Shown: piece after piece, positions 1 to 9,706 of the stretch
Layout: each line of letters begins with the position of its first letter
Numbering within the stretch: the stretch's first letter is position 1
Assembly (NCBI GenBank): GCA_963827685.1
Contig: CAWHBU010000003.1
Span: forward strand, 480,001-544,000
Source: an uncultured delta proteobacterium
Lineage (GTDB): Bacteria; Desulfobacterota; BSN033; UBA1163
DNA: 64,000 bases
Reading direction: 5' to 3'
The notes under the pieces: generated by a model
Told to the model about the DNA's origin: nothing
Database searches by the model: none
Seen by the model: only the letters and a program-made list of their open reading frames with translations
Program-made: the position numbers and the translations under genes

Positions 1-117
1 TTGTTTACGAGTACGAGAACCGTCCACGAACCGACTTCCAGCTGTAAAGGTATCTACCCAGTTTGTATCCTCTGGGTCTTTCGCAAGATATAACCTCCTC
101 TCTTCAAAATCTAGAAA

Positions 118-630
118 TTACCTTTCGCATTGGCAGGCAAGGATTTCGCCAAAATAGACACGATGAAAATCACCTTTTTGATATAACGAAGGCATGATTG
201 ATTTGTCCAATTCAGAAGGAATCAGATCGTTTTTATAGACGACCCGGCACTCAAAATGAAGAACACATTCTTTGATGATGGGTGCTTTTACCTTCTTGGA
301 TGGGATAGCCGTTAGCTGTTTTTCTTTAAACTTGTTGTGGTCTCGACCGGACACGGTCCCACAATATTGCACCACCTCTTTCAATTGTGGCGGCACAATA
401 TTGACGGTAAATTCTCCGGCCTCTTCGATCAGTTTGTAGGTATGACGGGAGGGACGTACCAACACCACAAACATGGGCTTTCGCCAAATGATTCCTATTG
501 TTCCCCATCCTATCGCCATGGCATTAGGAATACCTTTTTCCCCGTGACTGACAAGAAGCACACGCCCCTCATCAAAGGCTTTTATCGTTTCCCTTACATA
601 GTCCCTGTAATCAGCAATGATCTTTGCCAT
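118..630 (-). CDS. Flavin reductase-like (DUF447/flavoredoxin-type) protein
   Basis: NAMAIGWG, VRPSRHTY, CGTVSGRD, ECRV and HRVYFGEI motifs; start moved to MAKII because an AGGAGG RBS lies at 638-643. Confidence 0.85.
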   Translation of the reverse strand: MAKIIADYRDYVRETIKAFDEGRVLLVSHGEKGIPNAMAIGWGTIGIIWRKPMFVVLVRPSRHTYKLIEEAGEFTVNIVPPQLKEVVQYCGTVSGRDHNKFKEKQLTAIPSKKVKAPIIKECVLHFECRVVYKNDLIPSELDKSIMPSLYQKGDFHRVYFGEILACQCER

Positions 631-959
631 AAAAGATCCTCCTCTTAAGAACAAATTTGGGCAAGAATACTAAACAGAAGTAAATCTTTTTTCAATTAAT
701 TTCAACCAGGGTAGTTATCTTTCGGTCATTCACCAAATTTCATTGAACAGCGAGCTATTCAGTTAGTATACCCGAGTCCCCTGTGCCGGGTTCGTTACAC
801 GGGCACAAAACGGGCAACTTCGAATATAACGATTCAGCATCAAAGGTCCTGGCCCGGGCTTTTTCTGATAAAGATAAGGAGAAGGTCACTTTGCCGAAGA
901 GTAGATTTTGTTTTATAGTTTTTTGATTTAAATGAATAAACATCTTTAAGGTCTTAAGA

Positions 960-2393
960 ATGAAATACCAATGGGTTGTTCTTACAGTGACAACAGTTGG
1001 AATCTTGATGGCAGGAATTGACTCCAGGATTGTCATCATTGGTCTTCCCCAAGTAGCTTCAGCATTGGGAGCTGATGTAGAACAAGCAATTTGGTTCACC
1101 CAATCGTATGTGCTCGGAACGACAATAGCTCTACTGCTAATAGGAAGAATAACTGACATAATAGGAAGGATTAAGATTTACACTTTAGGTTTTACAATTT
1201 TCACTCTTGGCTCCGCATTAACTAGCCTTTCCCGAACTCCTCTTCAATTCATTCTCTTCCGGGCCATTCAAGGAATAGGAGCAGGCATGCTCTTTACGAA
1301 TAGCCTTGCGATCGTTGTAGATGCAACTCCAAAGAAAGAACTCGGTTTTGCCCTTGGTGTGAATCAGACTGCGTTTAGATTCGGCGCAATGGCCGGGCTG
1401 ACTGTCAGCGGCTTGATTCTATCCTTTCTGGACTGGCGGGCACTGTTCTACCTAAATGTCCCAATAGGTATATTCGGAACGATATGGGCTCATCGAAGAC
1501 TAAAGGAAATGGCAAAATTAGAAACAGGTGCAAGGATAGATTTGTTTGGTTTTATAGCATTTTCAATTTCATTACTCACCTTCCTGCTTGCTTTAACCTA
1601 TCAAGCTTACGGATTATCAGAAGAATTTACCGTTTATTGTTTCTTCACCATCAGTGTAATAACTGCTGTAGTGTTTATATTACATGAGAGAAAGCAATTG
1701 TATCCATTACTCGATTTTGGGTTGTTCAGAATAAGAGAGTTCACCGGTGGTATCATCGCGCTAATGCTGAATGCAGTCGCTTGGGGTGCCATGTTGCTAT
1801 TGATCAGCCTTTACTTCCAACTCATCCTTGATTTGAGTCCGCTTGATGCAGGAATAAGAATGATTCCGTTCGATGGTGCTTTCTTGATTTGTGGGCTTAT
1901 CAGTGGAAGACTTTCGGACAAATATGGACATCTCCCTTTCACAACATTAGGACTAGCTCTCATGAGCCTATCTCTTTATGCCTTATCGACTCTTACCGAA
2001 GCGACTTCATTTTTACATATAATCGTTTACTTGGTTGCATTAGGGATTGGTTGTGGAGGATTCGTCTCGCCAAACATGAGCTCGATCATGAGCTCTGTAC
2101 CCGCGGAAAGGAGAGGAATAGCATCAGCAGTGAGGGCGACTGCTTTCAACGTGGGTTTTGTCATAAGCCTGAATTTGGCAATCTCAATAATGACGTTTAC
2201 TGTCCCGTTCTCGATTGCAACGAAGATCCTATCATCAATTAATGGAATAGGGATATCCCGAGCGGACAAAATGCTCTTCATGAAAGGACTGAACAATACC
2301 TATCTGTGGCTCGCAATCATCAACTCTGCTGCAATTCCGCCCTCTGTCCTTAGAGGAAACGGGAGGAAAAGCAAATCAGGTAAAATTCAGTGA
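960..2393 (+). CDS. MFS drug:H+ antiporter (DHA2, EmrB/QacA-like, ~14 TM)
   Basis: GRITDIIGR motif A, WRALFYLNVPIG, second GRLSDKYG motif, many hydrophobic helices. Confidence 0.9.
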   Translation: MKYQWVVLTVTTVGILMAGIDSRIVIIGLPQVASALGADVEQAIWFTQSYVLGTTIALLLIGRITDIIGRIKIYTLGFTIFTLGSALTSLSRTPLQFILFRAIQGIGAGMLFTNSLAIVVDATPKKELGFALGVNQTAFRFGAMAGLTVSGLILSFLDWRALFYLNVPIGIFGTIWAHRRLKEMAKLETGARIDLFGFIAFSISLLTFLLALTYQAYGLSEEFTVYCFFTISVITAVVFILHERKQLYPLLDFGLFRIREFTGGIIALMLNAVAWGAMLLLISLYFQLILDLSPLDAGIRMIPFDGAFLICGLISGRLSDKYGHLPFTTLGLALMSLSLYALSTLTEATSFLHIIVYLVALGIGCGGFVSPNMSSIMSSVPAERRGIASAVRATAFNVGFVISLNLAISIMTFTVPFSIATKILSSINGIGISRADKMLFMKGLNNTYLWLAIINSAAIPPSVLRGNGRKSKSGKIQ

Positions 2394-2626
2394 TACTTAT
2401 AAGCAATGCACATTTTTTTCGAGACAGGGGGAAGGAAAGATATCAAAGATAAAAAGAGTTTCAAAAAGGTATTGAAAGACCTTGTTTTTAAAATTGGGAA
2501 CTCCAGCAGGGATGGGAACCGGCTCTACATCTTTAATGTCAGATTCTTTCAAGATGAGGAGTAAGCATGGTCATAGGGTTTGCTCTTTAAGAAAAGCACA
2601 CCTGGGATAGCACAAGGGAGGATCAA

Positions 2627-2902
2627 ATGAATAAGGCCAATCTTATTAAACAGGTCTCAGAGAAAACCAATATTGAACTGAAAGCAGCCAAGGTCATTGT
2701 AGATACTTTTTTTGATGCCATGCGAGAGAGTTTGGAGAAAGGCGACAGAATTGAGATCAGAGGATTTGGAACCTTTGTGGTCAGGCATTACGGTGCTTAT
2801 AAGGGTCGAAACCCCAAAACTGGTGAGATTGTCCATGTCTTGCCTAAGAAACTCCCTTACTTCAAAGTTGGAAGGGAAATGAAAAAATTGGTTAACAAAT
2901 AG
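2627..2902 (+). CDS. ihfB: HU/IHF family DNA-binding protein, IHF beta-like
   Basis: RIEIRGFGTF and GRNPKTGE signature, 91 aa, GGAGG RBS. Confidence 0.8.
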   Translation: MNKANLIKQVSEKTNIELKAAKVIVDTFFDAMRESLEKGDRIEIRGFGTFVVRHYGAYKGRNPKTGEIVHVLPKKLPYFKVGREMKKLVNK

Positions 2903-3025
2903 ATTGAGAAGTAGAGTAAGCTTTTATGAATGGAAACATGGTCATTGAACATCTGAAGGAACTAACTGAAAGATTTGGCGCACAAATCCGCTACCTTGGA
3001 TAATGCTTCATTCCCATTCTCGGCA

Positions 3026-3169
3026 TCAACCCCTTTGCCTGATTCGATTCTCTAAAATAACCTGATCAACGATCTCTCCGCAGGAAATGCATCTCCATCC
3101 AAAAAAATCCTCAACCGGACTGTAAAACTTCTCATAAGCCATAAGACCACCGCATCGATTGCAGTTCAT
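3026..3169 (-). CDS. 47-aa zinc-ribbon protein (below the ORF-track cutoff)
   Basis: Manual translation MNCNRCGGLMAYEKFYSPVEDFFGWRCISCGEIVDQVILENRIRQRG; two CxxC pairs; AAGGAGG RBS. Confidence 0.75.
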   Translation of the reverse strand: MNCNRCGGLMAYEKFYSPVEDFFGWRCISCGEIVDQVILENRIRQRG

Positions 3170-3479
3170 GGTATCCTCCTTACGTCATCATCTCTTCGAC
3201 GATTTTAGCCTACTATAAAGTTCCTGTTGTTTCGGGCTGATCTTTATTTTCTTTGGTTTCTCTGCTCTTCTCTGTGCCATGACTTTACTCCTCTCAAATC
3301 ACTTCAAAATTAAGATAATCATGGACTGAAAATATATCAACCAACATTGATGATTGGAATTACAAATAAACATAATCAGCTATTATATCAATAAGTTAGA
3401 AAGGGGATTACTTAGATGTTTAGAGGAGATAGGGGATTTTTCGACCATGGTTTTGGCTGAATGCCTGTTTACAAAAAGG

Positions 3480-3985
3480 CCAATAATTTCTTCGGCTCAT
3501 GGAATGTGGCGAAGGATCTGGCTGATAGAGTTTCCCAGGACTTTCTCGGAGGAGGAAATGGACCGGGACCCGGAATCGAAACTAATTGGTGAGCTTTCTG
3601 GTATCTTCAACTGGGCTCTCGAAGGATACAGAAGATTGAGGGAGAGAAAGTTCAGGCTAATGGAGTCTCAGTCGATGAAACTTACGAAGCAGGACTATAG
3701 GAAGGAATGGACAGTGTGCGTGCCTTGGCTAACGAATGCCTTATGAAGACAAAAGACTCTAACGACAAGGTGAAATTTGGGACCGCATATCAAGCCTATG
3801 TCACTTTCTGCAAAAACGATGGAAAGAAAGACCCTGAAAAGAAGACCGACTTCAGGAAAGTGCTCAAAGAGCTTGGATATAGAATTGATAATTCAAGGGT
3901 GGATGGAAATCAAGTCTACATCTTCAACACAAGAGTGGTGATAGACGCTGAATGGGTTATAGAAAAGGACAGATTCAGGATGTAG
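3480..3985 (+). pseudogene. C-terminal remnant of a P4/D5-type phage-plasmid primase-helicase, frameshifted
   Basis: HGMWRRIWLIEFPRTF...ELSGIFNWALEGYRRL in one frame, continued by DSVRAL...AYQAYVTFC winged-helix region in another; N-terminal part absent. Confidence 0.7.
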
Positions 3986-4181
3986 TGGCGCTCCTTTCCT
4001 CCAAAAAGGAAGCATTGAAGTCTCTTTTGCTATAGGCTTTTTCCAGACCAAAAATATTGGTCAGGCGGACCTGCCTTCCATTTTCTGATTCAAGAACAAC
4101 CGCTGTATGATCAGCCCACTTTACCCTGCAAATCTGTCCGTCTGAATTGCGGATATAAGTATCTCCGACCTTTATTTCCAT
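3975..4181 (-). CDS. Small beta-barrel-like hypothetical protein (paralog of 58520-58702)
   Basis: MEIKVGD..GQ..VK...V.LE.E pattern shared with the 58520 ORF; RBS upstream. Confidence 0.55.
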   Translation of the reverse strand: MEIKVGDTYIRNSDGQICRVKWADHTAVVLESENGRQVRLTNIFGLEKAYSKRDFNASFLEERSATTS

Positions 4182-4260
4182 AAGAACATCTCCTCTATAT
4201 ATTTTCAAATGTATCTGTCAGGAAATCAAGCCGGAAGGAGCCAACCCATAACAGGTTCAT

Positions 4261-4477
4261 GTAGAAGAATCGGAGTTACGTTCAGGGACGCGAAAGAGAG
4301 AGGTGGTCAGAGCAAGGAAGATCTTTTGTCAGTTAGCGATCTGGAGGATGGGTTATCCTGGTGCCGAGGTTGCGCGTTTTCTTGGAGTGACGACTTCTTC
4401 GGTCAATCGATTGGCTGTTTCCAAAGACGTGGCCAATTTAAAGAAATATCTTAAATTGTTTTAGAACCAACGTCCCT
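4261..4477 (+). mobile_element. 3' remnant of REP-associated tyrosine (Y1/IS200-like) transposase: C-terminal HTH plus terminal motif
   Basis: Frame absent from the ORF track: VEESELRSGTRKREVVRARKIFCQLAIWRMGYPGAEVARFLGVTTSSVNRLAVS...KLF* (DnaA-C-like HTH typical of these transposases), followed by AACCAACGTCCCT. Confidence 0.65.
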
Positions 4478-4482
4478 ATCAG

Positions 4483-5067
4483 ATTACGATCGATGCCAAA
4501 GACCCTTACACCCGAGGCCATTCCGATCGAGTCAAAACGATGAGCTTGAGACTCGCTCGTTCATTAAGGCTCACAGAAGATAAGCTGGAGATTCTTGAAT
4601 ATGGAGCGCTCCTCCATGACATCGGGAAGATCGGCATCAACGACGGGATACTCCAGAAGTCAGGACCCCTCACTGCCGAAGAGTTTCAGTTAATTCAGGA
4701 GCACCCATTAATTGGCGTAAAGATTGTGGAGGGAATCGAATTTTTTGAAGATATGATTCCGATGATTCGTAACCATCACGAACGTTTTGATGGCTGCGGG
4801 TACCCAGATGGGTTGATTGGAGAAGCCATTCCCCTGGGGGCAAGGATTATTGCTATATCGGATGCCTTCGATGCTATGACAAGCATGAGGCCTCATCGGC
4901 CACTCATGCCTTTTGAGGATGTTCTGGGGGAAATGGAGAGGGGTAAGGGCAGACAATTCGATCCAAAGATTTTGGAAATTTTCTTGCGAGAAGAGATTTA
5001 CAGACTTAGAGGAAAAATAGCGCAACCGCTAAGCTATAAGTGGTCTGTGGAAGGTGTAGATTATTAA
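4483..5067 (+). pseudogene. HD-GYP phosphodiesterase domain, 5'-truncated
   Basis: IDAKDPYTRGHSDRV lies upstream of the annotated ATG with no start codon; LLHDIGKI, HHERFDGCGYPDGL and DAFDAMTS motifs. Confidence 0.8.
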
Positions 5068-5504
5068 TCAGCCCCACTGCTGTCCAAGAACGGCTGAAAT
5101 TGGTATAACGGCAGCTGATTTCATTCGACATTTTGGTTAGTATTCCCGCTCTTTCAAAACCAGGTTTACCGCAGACCTTCCGCCTCCGACTTGGCCTCTC
5201 CGTACTGCATGAGATAGAGTCTCATAGACATCGCCTCCCATGCAAGACAGCAAACCACAGACCGTGACAGATCTTAACCTTTTAAGTACCTGCGCTGATT
5301 TCAAACGGATACCACCAGAATCACCTCCGAGGCGATTCAATACCGCAGCTTAGATAGAAACCTCATTTCCTGACGTTAGAAGATTTGTCTGTGCAGGATA
5401 GATAATAACTTTGAAATCCCCCCTTTTATTAAAGGGGGGCGACGGGGGATTAGGAATTTTCATGATTTGTGGGTGATTAAGCTCTCATAGCTAATCACAC
5501 TATA

Positions 5505-5625
5505 AAGGGAGTTTTGAATTGGCAGAAAAAATTCTTAGATGCCCGTAAACCGAAGAGAGAGGGACCAAAAAATAGTCTGTACCTGGCAGTTATTATTAAT
5601 GAATACGAGAACCGTCCCCAAATCG
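5505..5625 (+). repeat. Repeat B copy 1 (ends GAGAACCGTCCCCAAATC)
   Basis: Aligns with 16853-16976; partial third copy at 9-26. Confidence 0.8.
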
Positions 5626-5775
5626 TTTTAACCTGGTTCCAACTTTTTTAAACCTAATACAACATTCCTTTGAAGACTAAACGAGATCGATGTTGAAAAG
5701 AAAAACGGAATTCTTTGCTTTACAAACCATTGAGGGGAGTGATATGTTAATCCACCTCAATGGAGGTGGGTTAAC

Positions 5776-6525
5776 GTGATTTCGCAAATTGTCTTTTCAA
5801 TTATAGGAGTTTTATTAATCATGATTCCTGTTCTCCTCGGTGAGAAAATGTTTGGTAAATGGAAACCGTTATTATGGATTATTTTTATCCTTTTAGGAAT
5901 CGGCTCTATCCTCGTTGCGGTACGCTTGGCAATAAATGAGAAAAATACGCAGGACCATTATACGAAAAAGATCAATTGTTTAGTAAGTAAAAGTGAAGAG
6001 AGCAAGAAGATACTGCAAGAGCTTAGAGGAGAGATTAAAGAAGTCAAAGAAGACTCCAGGCAAACCACGAATGTGGCAATTCAGATATTTCAAACGCTTC
6101 CATGGAATAAAGGAAAAGAGATTAAGATGGTTAAGGGAGTTGAAAAACAGGCCAGTATAACACTAACTGCTATTTCAGGTTTTACAGCTGAAGCTGAAGT
6201 CGTAAGGGGCTTAAAAGGTCGTGCTGTTTCTTTATCTTCTCAAATAGCTCATTTTCTGATTGATCGTTATCGCAGTGAGCCAGCATTACCAGCAAATATA
6301 TATACCTTTAAAGAAGATGCTAATAAATTTCTTTCTTACTTCAAAGATACAATGAATCAATATTCGTTAAAATTTGGATCTGAAGTTGTTAAGGTTCGGA
6401 ATGAATTTGCGGATAAAAAATTGAGAGATACGGAGTTAGACAACTATTATCAACACCCAACCACTCCGGTCGAAATTCGTATCATTGCCGAACGCCTACA
6501 AGTTTTAGCAGAGCAAATACCTTAA
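5776..6525 (+). CDS. Hypothetical membrane-anchored coiled-coil protein
   Basis: Two N-terminal TM segments, AT-rich, GGAGG RBS before GTG. Confidence 0.65.
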   Translation: MISQIVFSIIGVLLIMIPVLLGEKMFGKWKPLLWIIFILLGIGSILVAVRLAINEKNTQDHYTKKINCLVSKSEESKKILQELRGEIKEVKEDSRQTTNVAIQIFQTLPWNKGKEIKMVKGVEKQASITLTAISGFTAEAEVVRGLKGRAVSLSSQIAHFLIDRYRSEPALPANIYTFKEDANKFLSYFKDTMNQYSLKFGSEVVKVRNEFADKKLRDTELDNYYQHPTTPVEIRIIAERLQVLAEQIP

Positions 6526-6943
6526 CGGTTGGCATCATTACAAATAGTTTGTAAGCTATGGTTTGTAAAGTAAACAGTTCCCAAGAAAAATGAGGAAGGA
6601 TCGTGAAATCACTCTTTCTTCCTGAGATTTGGACTTTCAAAAAATTCAAGGAAAAGTGTATATTGCAACCCAAGACAAAGACAATTTAGTTAATATCCCT
6701 TTTGTTGTTCAGGGTACGTTATGGAGGATTTGACAGCGGAGGACGTGATTGGGCTTTGCAAGAAAATTTTTCTTGACACAACCATAGCCTTCCAATATTT
6801 TAAGATTAACTGTTGACAGGCTAAATTAGACCGACCAAATATAATCTATAATTTCCACTTCCATTGTTGCAATAACTTACCTAGCGTGCTGGGTTAGTCA
6901 ATGTATATAATTTCCTAAATATAAGTAAAGGAGGCATCAGGCG

Positions 6944-7267
6944 ATGGAAAGTAAAACTAAATTTTTGGTATTTTTTAACAAGATTTCTGACAAGGATAAA
7001 GGGTCAATAAGGATAGAGGTTAGGGATAAAGCCTCGGGGGAAGTCGTATGCCCGGAGATGCAAATTCAAAACTGCTCGTATGAGGAATTTGAAAAGCTCA
7101 CTAGAGGGGCGACTCCTCCTAATCGTGAGGAGAAGAACTATGTTATAGAAATGGAATGGGGGGAATTAAGGCACCGGCTTAGTGGACTTAACAGACCAGC
7201 GCTTGAAGATTGTTTTGAAAGAGTGGAAGAATGGATGAGGAAGAGGGGGCAAAGAAAAATAATTTGA
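6944..7267 (+). CDS. Hypothetical protein
   Basis: AAGGAGG RBS; hairpin plus T-run at about 7341-7377 downstream. Confidence 0.6.
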   Translation: MESKTKFLVFFNKISDKDKGSIRIEVRDKASGEVVCPEMQIQNCSYEEFEKLTRGATPPNREEKNYVIEMEWGELRHRLSGLNRPALEDCFERVEEWMRKRGQRKII

Positions 7268-7479
7268 TTTTATCAGATTTGTTGGGGGGGGGACACCATA
7301 AGGCTATAAATAGTTTCATATTAATCATGGTAAACATCGAGAGGCCGGGTGACGAAAATCATCGGACCTTTTTATTTGGTCCTTTCAAAAATCGCACCCG
7401 CCAGCAGGGCAACCAGCCTGTATAGGAACAACCACCGTTATTCTGTGTCGGGTCGAGTGGCGTTGTTGGGCCTCGCATT

Positions 7480-8466
7480 CTATTTCGATTCGCCCTCACG
7501 TTCTTCTACCTGAATCGAAGCTAATATCTTCTTTATGATATTCTTATGTTCTTCCTCCTTGATCTTTCCCAACAATCCTCTAAGCTTCTCGGCCTGCTCA
7601 GGAAAGATGATCGTGCTTTTTGTTTCTTCTAAAATCTTTGGTAATCTAAATTTGAGATTCCAGGTTCGTTTTTCCAAGTCATATTCCAGCAATTCGATCT
7701 GAGCGATGATTGCGCCCATTTTTCCTTCTTTCGAGAATCTGTATGCCTCCATCTCCCTTACACGCACTTCAAGCTCCGGAAGCTTGTCCTCAATTCTCAT
7801 AACGGAAGAGGAAGTAGACTCCAATATCTTTGTAGAGTTCTCGATGAGTTTTGTGATTTCCGCCTTGTGAGTAAGAATTTCATTCTTGGCGACGTTTAGT
7901 ATATTCGCAGATGCTTTTTCGATTTCGCGTTGAGTGGCGGCATTGGTTTTTTCAATTAAGTTCGCTTCGGAAGTCTTGACCTCACTTGTTGTAAGGTTGG
8001 CGATCTCCTCCTTGACTCTTGCAATCTCCGTCTGAGTGACCGCATTGCTTTTTTCACTGATCTCTTGCTGGGCAGTCTGAATTAGACTTTTTGTAAGCGC
8101 TTCACTCTCTTCCCTAATTTTGTCAATCTCTCTTTTGTTGGCGCTGATATTGAAGTAAAGGTTTACGGAAATTAGACCTAAGAATATTGCCGCTATTGTC
8201 GCAAGCGTCCAATAGACCGTTTGCAGGATTCTCTCGTTTGTTTTTTGTAAGAGATCAACTTTCGCCTCCAAAACTTCAAGTTTGGTGGATGATGATGGTG
8301 GGGCAGCTGTTGATTGCAAGACCTCAGGTTTGGTGGATGATAAAGGTGTCGCAGCTGTTGATTGCAAAGGTGATCCGAAACATATGATTCCGAAGAAAAG
8401 AATTATTGAGCAGCAGTAATTAGTTCTTACTGTGGGTAGATTCATAATTACTCCTATTAATGTCAT
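7480..8466 (-). CDS. Hypothetical signal-peptide/TM coiled-coil protein (possible former integron cassette)
   Basis: Long ORF with internal duplicated LQSTAAxPxSSTKxEV; flanked by attC-like remnants. Confidence 0.65.
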   Translation of the reverse strand: MTLIGVIMNLPTVRTNYCCSIILFFGIICFGSPLQSTAATPLSSTKPEVLQSTAAPPSSSTKLEVLEAKVDLLQKTNERILQTVYWTLATIAAIFLGLISVNLYFNISANKREIDKIREESEALTKSLIQTAQQEISEKSNAVTQTEIARVKEEIANLTTSEVKTSEANLIEKTNAATQREIEKASANILNVAKNEILTHKAEITKLIENSTKILESTSSSVMRIEDKLPELEVRVREMEAYRFSKEGKMGAIIAQIELLEYDLEKRTWNLKFRLPKILEETKSTIIFPEQAEKLRGLLGKIKEEEHKNIIKKILASIQVEEREGESK

Positions 8467-8525
8467 AAATTTGGAAACACATGAGTGGTTCAGCTCCGAG
8501 CCATTCGGATGACAGTTGTTCTTAC

Positions 8526-8589
8526 GTCTGATATTGGAGCTCAGCGAGAGCCAGATTTATCGGCGATCCGGTAGAGCGCCTTGCTATGC
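8526..8589 (-). other. Degenerate attC-like site
   Basis: Minus strand GCATAGC-aaggc-GCTCTAC-cggatcgccgataaatctggctctc-GCTGAGCT-ccaat-ATCAGAC: R''/L''/L'/R' layout, with the AAC and GTT triplets mutated. Confidence 0.5.
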
Positions 8590-8642
8590 CGCCTTAATAC
8601 CTTTCCGACTCTTTAGGCCCGATGTCGTTTTAGAGACCTTTG

Positions 8643-9059
8643 TTAACCCTCTAAAATCTCTTTCAGGAATCCGTCTACCCCAGCAACTTGGTATTGAACA
8701 GCTTTGAACAGATCATTCAAAGCGTAATTCTGAGGAAAGGTCCATAAAGTCCATCCCTCTTCATCAATAAGCTCAAGAGCTATTGAAGATGACCAATAGG
8801 GGTATTTAGGGGGCTTGCCTGATAATAAGGATGAATAGGAATAGGCAGCAAATGGTCCAGGATCATCAACCAGATAACTATATTTGTAAAGTCTCAGGTT
8901 TCTATCTTTATGCTTAGTTAGAAAAACTGTCTCTATCCTAAGGTCTTCACGACCTTTAAGCCTATCAGCTTTATCAACAGACCATTTAAGCTCACCCGCT
9001 TGAGTCAGCTTAATAAGTTTAGTAATAGCTTCAACCCATTTATCTGGTTTATCAGTCAT
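8643..9059 (-). CDS. Hypothetical protein
   Basis: 138-aa ORF translationally coupled to 9061-9495. Confidence 0.65.
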   Translation of the reverse strand: MTDKPDKWVEAITKLIKLTQAGELKWSVDKADRLKGREDLRIETVFLTKHKDRNLRLYKYSYLVDDPGPFAAYSYSSLLSGKPPKYPYWSSSIALELIDEEGWTLWTFPQNYALNDLFKAVQYQVAGVDGFLKEILEG

Positions 9060-9060
9060 A

Positions 9061-9495
9061 TCATTGTCTCCATTTAAGATCGGATTGCAATTCTTGAACT
9101 TCTGCTATCAACTTATGGATTTCCACGTACACTGCCCATAACTTATCCTGGTCTTTTTCGGTTCGATCATAATTCTTAACGGCTTTGAGAACTCTTTTTA
9201 TAGAGGATTTGGTTCGTCTGCTTACCTTACCTTTTAGCGATTTCAAAGTGATTTCAGCCCCAGCGAGTTCCAACTCTATTTCTTGGCCGGAATTAGAGAA
9301 GTCTTCTTGATAGGAAGAAATTTTGCCAGCATGTTGTCTCATCTTTTCTAATAATTCAGGCACACGAGCTGTAAAAATGTAAAACCGTTTAATATTTCTC
9401 AGGTTGATAAAGATCATAATTGTGAGGAGCAATCCAATGATTGAAGCGGCATTACCGAGGTCCGAGAGGGTTACTTTTTTGAGCAACTCCAACAT
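9061..9495 (-). CDS. Hypothetical single-TM helical protein
   Basis: ASIIGLLLTIMIF TM segment followed by helical bundle. Confidence 0.65.
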   Translation of the reverse strand: MLELLKKVTLSDLGNAASIIGLLLTIMIFINLRNIKRFYIFTARVPELLEKMRQHAGKISSYQEDFSNSGQEIELELAGAEITLKSLKGKVSRRTKSSIKRVLKAVKNYDRTEKDQDKLWAVYVEIHKLIAEVQELQSDLKWRQ

Positions 9496-9706
9496 AGATA
9501 CCTTTGTTCATCAAACCTGAAATGGGTCTTTCACCTCAAGAAGTCTATACCTTTCTGGGGAAGCTGTCAAATTTTCCACATACGAGAGGAATCCGGGGGG
9601 CCACCGGAGGGACGGGGGGAGGAGAAATAAGATATTGACTTTTTTGACAAGGGGCGTATCTTATTCTCAAATGGTCACTAAAATCTGATTGGGATATAAT
9701 TGCCCT

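Noticed and set aside
2568-2584. Sigma54 promoter before ihfB
   Set aside because: GG-GC spacing is 11 rather than the required 10 nt.
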